DNA of 63,005 nt, filler included. It is 7 parts of 7 records of this genome, joined end to end, with 100 filler letters (N's around TTAATTAATTAA, not from the genome) between each part and the next. Parts side by side here need not be neighbours in the genome. Positions count along the whole stretch, not along the records: positions 10,140 to 22,736 come from SRR7504441_9921; positions 22,837 to 26,343 come from SRR7504441_9931; 5 more parts are not named here. The stretch is one strand, 5' to 3'. Shown here piece by piece: positions 10,282 to 22,936 of the stretch. The position numbers were made by a program, and so were the translations under genes. Every line of letters begins with the position of its first letter. Position 1 is the first letter of the stretch. The notes below the pieces were generated by a model that worked only from the letters and a program-made list of their open reading frames with translations, was not told where the DNA came from and made no database searches.

Positions 10282-13200
10282 TCATGACCGGTATTCAAAG
10301 GGCTCTGCATTTGGATCTTCGTCGAAGTTTGATTTGACGCTTTCGTCATCCAGTAATTCAAAGCTTATGCCGGGATCGGTGAACGCATCGTAAAATGAGT
10401 CGGCGTCATGGATCTCATTGCCCTGTGGCAGTCGGTGCTTTGCCATGCCGTTTGCTTCGTTTGCTTGGTCCTTGGTGCCAAAGTTGCCCGATGCAGAGCC
10501 CTTGTCACCATAGAGAGCATTCTTTGCGAGCTCGACAACAACAGACTGCAGGCACGCTGCAGCTCAACGCAAGCCCCGGACTATCTAGTCTAACCACGGT
10601 TGAATAGGCAATCATACCTCGGCGCTGGTGTGTGACAGTACACCGGTTTTTGAAAGCAAGTTCTGTAACTGCACAAATTGCTCAAGGGTGCATCGGCAGC
10701 CGCAAGGCAGACCTTCCAGAGAGAGAGTCCAGAGGCTTGAATCCAGTAACTCCACTCAGAGTCCGCTGCGCCGCGGTGAGGTGGTAGTTCAATCACCCTA
10801 TCCTCAATGTGTGAGTCGTCGGAAGATGGGCCGATTCGCGCCCGCATAGTCGAAAGCACGTGCCTGTGCAAGGGATCCTGATCAGACAGCTTGCAGCGCA
10901 GAGACAGACCTTTGCATCGCCATAACTCGTGGCCGCAGCAACAGTGCCTTTAAGCGCGCGTGTAACCGCATCACCACCCAAAAGAGAAACCAAACGAGCA
11001 TCCCGGAGGCTAAAGAAAATGATAGCTTCTGCACTTGACAAAGGTTTGATAGCTCGACATGATCGCCCGAGGACGTCACCTGATCACAAGAAGTCAATGC
11101 TGAATGCAATGCTCGAGTTTGTCGCACACCTGGTATGAGAACTTGCCAGTCAAAAAGTCTGTAAAAGTAAATGGTTCTGGAATGGTGAAAGCTACCCACA
11201 CGACGACCATGATTGACTCGAAGAGGCACAGTGCGAGGACCGTAACAGCTACCTCAACAGTCCAGCGGCGGTTCGCCACAGGCTGGCAGGTTATGGCTAT
11301 TTTCTGCTCATCATCATCAGATCTGGAATCTGCCGACATAGAAGCTCATTTCAAGCTCATTTCCCGGACGGGATGCGCAGTGACTAAGTCTAGCACCGAC
11401 CTGCTGCCTCAAAGCAGAGCAATCGGCGCTGAAAGTTCAGTTCGCCCGACGCTCCAACCCTCAAACGGCCGACTCCGGCATGTTGTGGCATTCGCATCTT
11501 ACCAAATCCTATATTCTGGGCAGTACACACATAGTTGTCAAGCACTTTAGAGGACAGAACAGGATATCACACCTGATATAGCGTCGAAAAGAAGACAAAC
11601 ACCAATGAAAGAGCCACTCGTGCAACGCCAGAGGTACATGAGACAGCAGGGCTACAATCGTTTGCCCCAGTCCCCTGCAATCGTACAGTACCAGTCAAAG
11701 AACAACTCGACAATGGTATACCTGTTGGTATTGCTGAATCGCGACAACGATATCCACAGTACCAAATAAAATACCCATGACACCAGACAGAACAATAATG
11801 GGCTGCCTATTCCGCCATGGTGGCTGGAGCCTATGACAGCAACCCCTGCTCACACCCAGCCAGCCAAAGGTCACCATAGCGCGTAAAATTGAGAGCGCTT
11901 CGGGCCACCAAGCCTCCTCAAGAATCGAGTTGTGTAGTGATGCGTTGCCAACACAATGACAGTGCAAATCAGCATCGTGCAGTCAGCTACTTCGTCCAGA
12001 GTAGTGTAACTCTCGTTCATATCAAACGGATATTGGTTTTCTGAGTCTCTGGACCAGAGCAAAAGCCGCCATACCTGCGACACAGGCGGTCACTGGATTA
12101 AAATTTGTATTGGCGTCGCACAATAAGTAGGACAACAAGGTTGACATGACGTGACCAGAGACAAACGAGAGCGCAGAGCCAGCAAGGGATCAGTATCAAC
12201 AACCAAAAATACACCGGTACTTCGTAGACAAAAAATATCCACCGGGTTTCCCAGTTGCATGCGATTAAAAGGACCGATCCAAGCCATGCAGGAAACATGT
12301 CCAGTGTCAAAAATATCCAGAGCCCCAGCAGTATCAACGTCGCCCTGCTAGTGCGTCTCCGTGACGACGATCCGTCGCCAATAGATCGGTTGGCTTCCTC
12401 GACATCAGTCAAGTTTCTTCTGAGTGTATACCATGGGCTCCACTTGTCTTCTAAAAAGAACGACATTGAATCGATGCCGAGAGCCGACCCAGGAACACCA
12501 GGAATGCCGAGAACCGTCCCAGTCCGAGTTCCCAAGCAGAAAGTGGGATACAGGTTGTTCCAGTCCAGCGCAGCATCTTTCAGGTGCACGGTCAAATAAT
12601 CGGGGTGGAATTGTTCAGGTCTTGCCTCTACGAGCCACAGTAAGTTATGGAGCAGCATCATGTGGCCATGTATCGAGTTGTTGACCAGAATTGTCGAATT
12701 GTTAAACCAGAACATGTGCTGATCTACAGACTTGAGAAGCAGCCCTTTGAATGGTTGGCTATCATCGTCAGCAAGATGCCGCATGCTAGTGGTACCCTCG
12801 CTTATCAAGGTGCTGAGCGGTTCGGCTTCTGGGTGGAGACACTGGTACAAAGGCTCGATCCAGATTGCCGTGTCCAAATGAAAAAGTAGCCCGTATACCG
12901 GTTGGTCAATCGGAATATACAACTGAAGGAACATGAACATTTCCTCAGTCTCTAAGTTTGTGCAGCACTCTGTCACGCCGTGACCCCGGACCCCTGAGCG
13001 TTTTACTGGGACCCAGAAGGTAAGCTCTGTAGCATAGAACGCCATCCTCTGCCTTGCGTGCGCGATGAATTGCTTCACAGACTCATTCGATAGTTGTGCC
13101 ATCAACTCTGCTTGGCGTATAATCGACTCCGCAGCGGCCTCATTAGCCTGTGCCGACGCTGCCTCTGTGGCTGATGCCACAATAGCGTCCGACCTCGCTT

Positions 13201-16200
13201 CCTACAAACCAGGACATCAAAAGTGGACGCGCATCTGCGTCAGGCTATTTGGGTCGCTTACCATGATGTTTCGGACGCCTGTCCGGAAATAATCCTCCAC
13301 CAACGTGGAAATGACTATACCATCGACCTTGATTTCCACCTGATACACCTGAGTAAGCACTGGCCTCGCCATCTATATACAGCGCTACAATCAATGTCCA
13401 CGTCTTGTCCCTGGTCTCTCAGACCGATGGTTAAACTTGGCATCGCCACAGCCACCTGGAAAGAGAGGTAACCTAGGCATGCGCATAAGAGTTGTACCCC
13501 GTCTAGAATCGAATCCTCCAGAAGCACACGTACGTGCAGAGCAGGCAACACCTGAAAGGTACATCGTGGGCATCTCAGCTAGTGGCTCAAAGCGGAAAAT
13601 TAGGATGTCTACCGTACTGCCCCGCGATGAAGCAGCTGGTGTGGAGGTTGTTCCGGCTTTCTGTGCACATAGCACATTGACAGATCAGAGGGAATTAAAG
13701 CGCGGCACCTCCTTGTCGACTACTGGAGCAACGTATAGGAGCACTCTCTGTCCGTTTGAGAAGTCGGTTTTCGTGAACTGGGCATAGTGATCGCTAAAGT
13801 TTGCATCGTCCAGCCTTCCACCTGCTCTCTGCTCCATCGAGCGACCCAGTGGGCATTCGCCAGTGACAAATTCAACATACAACTCAAAGAGGGCAAGTGC
13901 ATGCGTCACATTCAGTTCGAGTCGGCACGAATGAGATGCAAACCGCGTCCGGACGCCATCCAGATGTATCTGTGGTGTGCTGCACTCCATGGTTAGCATG
14001 CGATGGCGGCACGCTTCCTGGTCATCCTGTTGTTGGCCTGTGGAACTTAGTTCGACAGTCCCAGAAGCAAAGAAGCATCGGAAATTAGCTTTCAAGTCAA
14101 TTTTCGTGTGGGACTGTGATAAGGGTATGAAATGCGCACAAGTAGCAGCGAAAAACTTGGCGCCGTCCAACGACTGGAGGATCCTCTCGTCTGTGGTGAA
14201 GTCGCGGCGATCAGAAATGCCAGTCAGGCTCCATCGACCGTCAACACGCTTTGCGCAATGACTGCAGAACCGGAACCAAAATAGCATGACTTCTTCAGCT
14301 AGCAGAATGCCAACCATACCTTTGAACCTATACGGCAAACCTGTTTCATCCGCACCCTTTGCAGATAACCCCTCTGACACCATCCAGTCTATCGTCGAAC
14401 GGCGCGGACTAACCCCCAGTTCTAAAATGCCCCCCAAACTAGGTGACTTTGAAGATGTCCTCCTCAAAGACTGCCGGTGGCCTGAAGACGAAGTCTGCCC
14501 GCGTCTCCCAGCACTGTAACTCGAAAGCAGGTTCGCAGATGCGAAGATGTACTTGTCTACGTGTTCATGCGTGTCATCAAAAGCAAAAAGGTCGATCGAA
14601 ACTGATTCGAGGTTCCTTGGTATGCATCTAGCTTTGCCCTCAAGCAAGTACCAGTGGCACATTGCGGTCATCCTTTTGGGATAATAAAGAATGTTTCGTT
14701 CTGCCTCTAGAGCAGTAGCCTCACCTGGCTGTACCTGAGGGTCAGAGCTCGCACAAATGATCAGCTTTGCTCCACTGTGTTCAATCTTGACTATATTGTT
14801 GCACCACCTTTCTCGCGAAACTGGGGCCTCCCACTCGTCTGTTGTGGCAGGGCTTGTCACTCTCATATCGCCGAGATCGATCCGCAGATACTCGTGCGAA
14901 CCGCAGGGGATACCCTTTGAACACAACAAGCAAGACGATTCATTATCGACGAGAGCAAGGAAGATAGATGGCAACTCCATTTCCATCTTCAAATCAAGAC
15001 CCAGCGTTGAAGTGGACTGCAAGCGCGACATCACGGCTTGCGAAGTACCCCCGCCCAAACTCAGAGAGCTTGGCGTAACAATCTCGCTCACCAGAGACGA
15101 GACCTCAGCTGCTAATTCCGGATAACCTCCAGCTGCTAGGTTGCGGGCGTGTTTGTTACAAATGAACACAAACCATGCCGACCGGTCTCGCCTTTTGCAA
15201 AGTACATCAAAATGATAAATCCAAGACGAGACCAACTGCGACTCCGCTTTAAGGCCAAGGCGGTCGAGCTCTTGCGCGATTTGTGCTACCGTACCGGCCA
15301 GTTCCTCTTCGTCGTTGCTTTTCAGGGTCATGACCTGGCATCAATTCAACGTTTGGTCCAGCCCCGTTATTCTATCAAGCTGTCGTTTGGGGCACGCACC
15401 TCAAGTTTCGCTGCGAGGTCTTGGACCCTTCTAACCAAGAGCCAATGCTGCTCGGCGTAAACCTGACGCTTGATGAGCTTTTGAACAACGCGTCTAGATT
15501 CTTGCTCCACAGATATACTGGCATGCTGGGCTTGCTCAACAGTTTCCAGTGCTTGGAAGGCGTGATTGATATCACTCTGTACAATACACCAGCCGATAAG
15601 AATACTACGCATTGGTTTGGGCACCGCAATTGTATCCAGATCGTCAGAGTGCTGGCTTAGCTCGTTGCATACAGCCCGCTTCCTCAGCTCGTTGCAGCAT
15701 AACCTGACTTTATCCACCAATGGTATCACTACTTCATCGTGTCTGGACCCGACCAAATCATTCCATTCTGACTGTCGCATTCGACCGTCACTATCGGAAT
15801 CAAGTGACCCCAGCCTACTTGACTTAAACTTGTTGTTCAATATACCAGAGAAGACTTGGTGTATTCGCTGCGTTTCCCTCGCTTGGTCCACTTGCTCGGT
15901 GGCCTCGGCCCAAAGCTTCTCGATCCAAAAGTTTGAAGCGTGCTCAAAGAAGTCATATAGCTGCAACAAGCATCGCTCAGTAGCACAAGTGCACTGGAGC
16001 CCTTGCCTCGAGCAACGCGTCGATGCTAAGTCGCAAATTAAACCGTTGAAGTTTGAGCTTTACTTCCGCAAAGAAGGGCTTTTCGAAATACTGGACCTGC
16101 ATGCACAGTGATCACACGCTGCATACCGAGTAAAAATAGTGTTGTCACATTTCGCTTTTTGAGAAAAGAAATCTGGTCGCGGTAGAATTTGCTTGCGTTC

Positions 16201-18314
16201 AAAAGCAGGCTCCGGGCGAATCTTTGCTTATCCTCGTGGCCCGCGCGTTCCCACTGCTCGTATTCATCCTGGAGGCACGAACACTCTGCCGAGCAATCTG
16301 CCGAGCGGTTTGCCCGAAGCGTGCTTCTGATCTCTTCCATTTGGGTCTGGGTTACCAGCCACTCGCCCAGATATCTCTGGCACTTTGTGAGGTCAGCCTG
16401 CATCTGGCACAGTCGGTGATGTACACCAAGGAGATCCTCCTTCGCCTCTTTTGCATCAACCGTGACTACTCCGTCTTGTCTCCGGTAGCACCTGCTTCGA
16501 GCTAAAGGGCCCCTTGGCTCAAGCCAGGCACCTCCTTAGCCATCTAAAGTTGCCGATGATTCCATCCATTCGGTTTGATGCTTTGAACTCCAGAAACGGC
16601 TCCCGGTCTCGGTCACTGGGCAGCCACATCTGACCACACCTCGTCAATCCGTCGATCATCCCCCATGGCTATACCAATCTCTTCATCTTCCAGCCATAGA
16701 GCACTTGGACGTCGTAGCAGTAGCCTTCAACGTCAAACTGATCCCAAAAGTGGGGCCGAATTTCAATCTGGGCAGCTGCATGTCTCTGATTGTTTGGCCC
16801 CTTCATCAGCAACTTCAAGACAGGAAGGTCCGGCATGGGTGAGCCACTGCCACAGGAAGTCCGTGCGAGTTTTCTGGCCTCACGGCCCTTGGACATCAGA
16901 ACCCGGCGAAATGTCAGACTTAGGTCGTAAATGTCAGCTGCCGAGTGCTTGCTCTTACGGCGCCACCAGGTTTGTATCAATCTGGCGGCCATGACCATCT
17001 CACAAGTATTCAAGGTCCCCAGGCATATTTTAAGCGGCAGGTGCTGGAGCAGCAGCGATCAGTACACACTCGCGCTGCGGGCCGCACCTGGAAGTGGTAC
17101 CACAACGCTTCTCGTGTCTTTCCCAGGTCCCTATAATGCCTGCAAGCACCCAACCTTATTGGCAAGCTAGTCTAGAGCTCACTTTTCAACAATTCCATGC
17201 AGCCCAGCATGCTCAATCGCGATTTGATTGATAGACAAATCAGAAGCCAGAGACAAGAAGAACCCTGTCCATACACCCATGATTCAGAACGAGATCGATC
17301 ATACAGTGTGTGACCTGGCAGCAACGAGGTATCAATTGTAGCCCGTAGCCTAGACGCCCTGAGCGTTGTGTTCATGAGCATGTATTCGCTCACAATCCAT
17401 GACGTCATGTTCAAACCGGCCAGCCATCCCAGTCGGCCCATTGTGCCTTCACTCTCCCCCACACCCATCTGCTGAGACCGACGCCTAACCCTTCGAGCAA
17501 ACCCGCTCGACTCTCGATGCAGCGGCTCCTTTTCAGGGAAAAGCGCATCAATTGGATTCTCGCGATTGAACTTTCCCACGTCGCCGCCTTCGCGTTCAAT
17601 CTGCGACACCAACTCGCCATGGTATCGTCGCACAGCAGCCTCGCTATCTGAGCACCAGTCGCTATACCTGTCGGCAATCACCCAGATCTCCAAGTCTTCC
17701 AACAAGATGTCAGTGCCCGTCGCTTGAATTAGCACCTCATCCAGCGTTAGAGTGAGCAGCGCAGGCTCCGCACTCTCCGCGCTCGCCTCAGCCTGCATCC
17801 TGCTGCTGCTCCTGCCCATGTCTGCCAGCGCTTCTGCCCATGTCTGGCCCTCCCCTGTTTGCACCCCCAGCCCCTGCTCGGACATTAGCCGTCGCACCCG
17901 CTCCTCGCCCAACCGCCTGTACGCGTCCATGTCCGCCGGCCGCTGGCGACTCCAAGTGGTTGCATAGTCGCCCACCGCCGCCGCAAAGTCGCCCACGCTG
18001 ATCACCACCGCCAGCCTCCCGATCACGGTGCGATCTAGGTCTATCCGCATCCCGGTGGCTTGGAACACCCGGAGTGCGGTGGTCCGGGTGAACCGTATCG
18101 CCTCGGCCGAGCCCCGGATGTGCCCGCGGGCCTGCAGCCGGAGCACCCGGTCGATGTCCTCCAGGTACTGCCCCAGCAGCTGGGCAATCAGCCCGGCCAC
18201 ATCCTCCTGCGAGAGCGCGTAGTTGGTCACCTGCGAGGCTATCGCGTCGGAAACCCAGCCCACGAATTGCCACACACGGTCGCCCAGCCCGGGCCCGCTG
18301 CTGGCAGCATCCAT
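10282..18314 (-). CDS. Giant multi-exon gene: chorein-N-like start, IQ motif, C-terminal multi-pass membrane region (3' exons uncertain)
   Basis: Minus ORFs 17172-18359, 16669-17013, 16038-16403, 15367-15969, 13685-15331, 13391-13675, 12098-13180 and smaller downstream ones can mostly be joined in frame via ~40-65-nt GT/GC-AG introns (e.g. 13202-13261); a few junctions unresolved. IQ motif AARLIQTWWRRK. Confidence 0.6.
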
Positions 18315-18551
18315 TCGCCCCCCCGCGCCCGCTGGAGATCGACTTCCGTTGTGGGCCAAGATTTGCGGTCCGCAGAAACGGCGACGCGGCGATCATCAAA
18401 CTTGTCGGGACACCATACTGTACATGTACTGCATCGTACCTGTTGTATGAACTTATCTACTGGTAGTTGGCGATCTCGTCCCGACGACAACGTGGCTACA
18501 GGCAGTATAGACTTGGTTTACGCGTATAATAAAGTTCATTACACAAATAAC

Positions 18552-19671
18552 CTAGAGCAAGCCTTGTTGGTCTTGGCTAGAGCTCACTGTGGCATACGGG
18601 GCGGCCGTCTCGTTCTCGTCCAGCCGCACCGGGTTGTCCATCAGCTCCCTCCCGCCCGGCGTGTCTGGCGGCGGATTCCGCAGCAGCAACCTGGTAGCAA
18701 ACGAGACGCGTGTGGTGAGCTTGGACAGCAGCATCACACCACAGAGCACCCAGCTCATCGCCAGCCCGGCGCTCAGGAGCCCAAAGTTGCGGTTGTGCCC
18801 GTGACACCCGTCATAGACCCGCCATAGCGTCGAATGCAGCACACTGAGGCAGACCGCCATTGTGTACAGCAAGAACCCTAGAATTCCGTTGACTAGCGGC
18901 TCAAGCCACTGAAGTGGCAGCCAGCACGCGATCCCGGTGAGGTACGCGCTTGCCAGCGCCCACAGCAGCGCCACCGCCCAGCCTAGCAGCATGCCAAACA
19001 CAGCGACTGCGAATCTCACAGTCACATCAGGGGCAGTCCGACAGGTCGTGTCCGAACCGTCCATAAGGAGCAGCACCAGCAAGCCCACAAACGCCAGCCC
19101 GGCCTCGGCGCTGATCGCGCACCCTGCCCTAGTGGCCGGCGAGAGCCCGGCGATCCCCAACACCAGCCGGCCGAGGCATGAGGCCTGGACCTTGGCCCCG
19201 GCCTGCAGAATGTGCTCCGGGATGTCTTTGCCTACCAGGAACTGGGCGCACTCCTGCGAGAAGTTGTTGCAGTTGTTGTTGAGCAGATCGTAAGTCTCGG
19301 CTGTGTAGCGCGACGAGACGGTCAGTATGAAATCCTGGAAAAGGTCCTCCGGGATTTCGGTCGGGCCCATATCAAGCAGCTGGACCGGCCGGTGACCGGT
19401 CTGTTCGCAGAACTCCTCGTGCGCCATCTTCTGGATCCCGCCCGCCCAGAAGTATTCTTGCCCGAATACAATCACCTGAACCCTTTCGAGCTCGCCCGCG
19501 GCTGCGGCGCACCGAGGTGTGCGGGGCCAGCTCGATCCACTTGCAGAGCAGCAGCGGGGACAGGATCTTGGCCCAGCCGTTGCTGATGTCGTACACGGCC
19601 AGCTGCACCCCGGTGGGTGGCAGCTCCGCCTCTACAGGCGAGCGCTCCTCGGTCTCGGTCTGCCTCAGCAT
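18552..19671 (-). CDS. PPPDE/DeSI-family isopeptidase with a C-terminal four-TM extension; intron 19476-19512
   Basis: Spliced product VQLAVYDIS...APHTS|VIVFGQEYFW...YDLLNNNCNNFS shows the catalytic His and Cys; 37-nt GT-AG intron. Confidence 0.88.
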
Positions 19672-19766
19672 GCGACTTGGACCCAACCAAACAGGAAAAA
19701 AAAAAAGGCCCGTCGTGCCGGGGTTCACCACCGACTGCACCAGCGCCCGGGGACGAGGCGGCAGCG

Positions 19767-21426
19767 ATGGCGGTGCTGCTGGGTGGGGCGGGCGGGCGGG
19801 CCGAGCTGACGGTGCGCGCAGAGACCTCGAAGGGGGACATCACGATAGATCTGGAGGTGGACAAGTGCCCGATCGCCTGCAAGAACTTCCTGAAACTGTG
19901 CAAGATAAAGTGCCCGGCCAGCCCGGCCGGCCAGCCCAGCCCGGCCGGCAGGTACTACAACAACTGCATCTTCTTCTCGGTGCAGCGCGACTTTCTGGCT
20001 CAGAGCGGGGACCCGACCAACACGGGCAAAGGCGGCGAGTCGGTGTACGGGTGGGCGGGTCCGGCTGGGCCGGCGCGAGACCGGGCGGCAGGCAGTGCTA
20101 CGGGGAGCAGGCCAAGTACTTTGAGGATGAGATCTTCCCAAATAAGAAGCACACCCAAATGGGGCTGCTCGGGATGGCCAATCCGGCACCGGACCAGAAT
20201 GGCTCACAGGCACACCCGCCGGCCGCCGGGCTGGCTGACTGCGCCGCAGTTTTACATTACGCTCGGCGAGCGGCTGGACTATCTGGACGGCAAGCACACG
20301 ATCTTCGGGGAAGTGTCGGAGGGGCTCGAGGTGCTGCACAAGATCAACGACGTAGTGGTTGACGAGGAGTCCAACTGCCCGGTCAGTCGCACTGCCAGCT
20401 CCGCTCACAGGCAGCCGGCAGGTCCAAGATATCCGCATCCACCACGCAATCGTGCTAGACGACCCATTCGACGACCCGCCAGGTAGCGCAATCCGATGGG
20501 CGGTCGCTCAGCAGCTCTGCAGGCCTGCAAGTGCCCCCAGCGTCGCCTGCGCGCGTGGTGGAGGCTCACGCAGTCGGGTTCATCGGAGAGCTCGAGACTT
20601 GGGACCCAAATGCGGAGACCAGATCGGCCGAGGAGATCGACCGAACAACCCGGGAGCGTGAGGCACAGTCGCGGAAAGAGGTCAGTGTGCGTCCTGGCAG
20701 CGAGTGATAGGCCGCGGTCAGGTGCTCGTGATGGTTGGAGATTTGATGTACGAAGAGCAAGCGCCGCCAGACCACGTGGTGTTCGTGTGCAAGCTCAACC
20801 CGGTGACCACATCTGAGGATCTGGAGCTCATCTTTTCGCAATTCGGGCAAGTCAAGAGAGCAGATGTAATCAAGGACTGGAAGACCGGTGCCCGCGATAT
20901 CCGAGCGCCAGACTCAGTTTGCGGCAGGTGATAGCCTGCAGTACGCGTTCATCGAGTTTGGTTCCAAGGAGATTGCCCAGCGAGCGTATTTAAAGATGGA
21001 CAATGTGCTTATTGACGATAGAAGGATCCATGTTGACTTCAGTCAGTCGACTTCAAAGCAGTTTGGGCTGTGGCAGAAAGGTTCCAAGACAGGATCCAAG
21101 CAGGACAAGGACGAGGCGCACGGCAACAAGTCCAACAAGTACGTTCTCAAGGACGCAGTCCAGCCCAAGGGCAGCCGAAACTACGAAATGGAGTTTGACC
21201 GGTGAAAGCGGCTAGTTATATATGTACAGTGGAGCTGACTTGGCGCTGGCAGCGGGGATCGTAGACGGGACAGCGGTAGGAAAGAGCGGCCAAGGGATGA
21301 CCGGTCACGGGACGACAGGGACAAGCGGCGTGAGCGCGATCACGATCGGTGGGCATGCCCGGGCTGCTGGCCGCTGAGGCTGAACCCAGGCGCCGATCTA
21401 GGAGTCCGAGGGATCGGCGGCGTTAG
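19767..21426 (+). CDS. PPIL4: Cyclophilin-RRM protein PPIL4/CYP59; 10 introns
   Basis: Spliced [75 protein letters not shown]-rich tail. Introns 19783-19821, 19910-19951, 20051-20091, 20210-20249, 20382-20421, 20483-20522, 20681-20721, 20888-20927, 21202-21252, 21349-21389. Confidence 0.96.
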
Positions 21427-21689
21427 GAGCGCGCAAGGTCGCTGAACTATCCGAGGGAACCGAAAGGGTCACAATGGGACATAGTGGGGCATGCTACACG
21501 CATGCTACCACGCGTGTGAAGCATGTCACGCATGCTTGAGTGATTACGTAATGAATCGCCACGATGTTGATAAGTGATCCATTCAATGATCCAATCAAAG
21601 ATCTGTGATTGATATATATACTACCAATACAATTTTATGTACACTGTGCTAAGACTTTTACACGCGTCAAAATGGGCATCCTTGTGAGA

Positions 21690-22565
21690 TCACAGATTCT
21701 TTGTTGCTTGCGTATCCCCAACATTATTGAAGACGGACCAAAACTCCATGTTGAGCCATGGGTACATCCGCAACGTGCTAGCAGCCATGTAAAGGATGAA
21801 TGCGCTGGCTATCAACGCCACGGCACTATCTACAAACCACGCGTCATCCACGTCGTGTATCGTGAGTTCCGCTGAAATGATGTATGCCAGTGAGAGCACT
21901 GCCACTACACCGCCCGTAATCGCATCGAGCATCAGCACCCTGCTCTTCACAGCTTTCGCAATCCACAGTTTCAGTCCGGTCAACACTGTCGAGACCACCA
22001 GAATCAACCCATGCACGTACAGGATCCAGACGTGTGTCTTGGGAGGCTTGTGATGCACCAGATGCCGCACTGCCCCGGTGACAACAATCACACAGCTCAT
22101 ACTCATCACGAACGCTATCAGCACACTAGCCTGACAAGCCCAGACTGGTCACGCGCCTGCACCGGCTAGCCGCCTCACCTGGCTGTCGTATCGCTCGACC
22201 ATCGGGTCGTTAGGGTCCCCCGAGAACCGCCACATGACTAAAAGATCGCCCAGCACGTCCGCCATCGCCTCCAGTGCCATCGACAGCAGCGACGACGAGT
22301 CGGTCGCGATCGCCCCGATTATGCCAACTAGAAACACCGCAGAGTTGTACCCAGCCGATACGGCTGCCACAAGCAGCGCCCGGCGATACCACTCCTCCAG
22401 GGGCACCCCTGCATATCCCTCCTTGGGCAGCAGCTGGTCGGTGTCGGCAGTCCCGGGTGGATCCGCCGAGATCGGATTGGGCTGGGCCTCCGCGGCCTCC
22501 TCCGCACCCGGCGCCTCCGCACTCGCTGGTCCGGCCTCAGCCGGCTGGCTAGGCACAGGCTCCAT
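21690..22565 (-). CDS. TMEM163-like cation-efflux (Zn) transporter; intron 22131-22178
   Basis: Six hydrophobic helices; DSSSLLSMALEAMADVL..VMWRF, KSRVLMLDA and WFVDSAVAL resemble TMEM163/CDF motifs; 48-nt GT-AG intron joins the two ORFs. Confidence 0.75.
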
Positions 22566-22736
22566 CTCAACCGAACTGCTGGGTTGGATTGCATTGCCGT
22601 TAGATCAAGGGAAAAACGTCGGGTGTGGGTTCATCTGTGCATGCGCCCAGGATCCTGGTGGGGGCCTATGTTGCACTACATGTAGGCAATCGAACATCAA
22701 TCATGCGAATCGTTATTTATTTTACATTCAATTGCA

Positions 22737-22836
22737 NNNNNNNNNNNNNNNNNNNNNNNNNNNNNNNNNNNNNNNNNNNNTTAATTAATTAANNNNNNNN
22801 NNNNNNNNNNNNNNNNNNNNNNNNNNNNNNNNNNNN
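22737..22836. other. Artificial contig spacer
   Basis: N44-TTAATTAATTAA-N44. Confidence 0.99.
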
Positions 22837-22936
22837 CGATTCTAAACACTTTAGAAAGTGGCCAGAATTTTGGCCAGAATTTGCCAGTGTAATATGCAAT
22901 GAGTTAATCGAGTCAAGAGGTGACCTAGTATAGTTA

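Noticed and set aside
19617-21205. Frameshifts or a pseudogene in PPIL4, ARP5 and TOR suggested by the fragmented ORF track
   Set aside because: The breaks I traced (all in PPIL4 and ARP5, some in TOR) are explained by short GT/GC-AG introns that restore conserved motifs.
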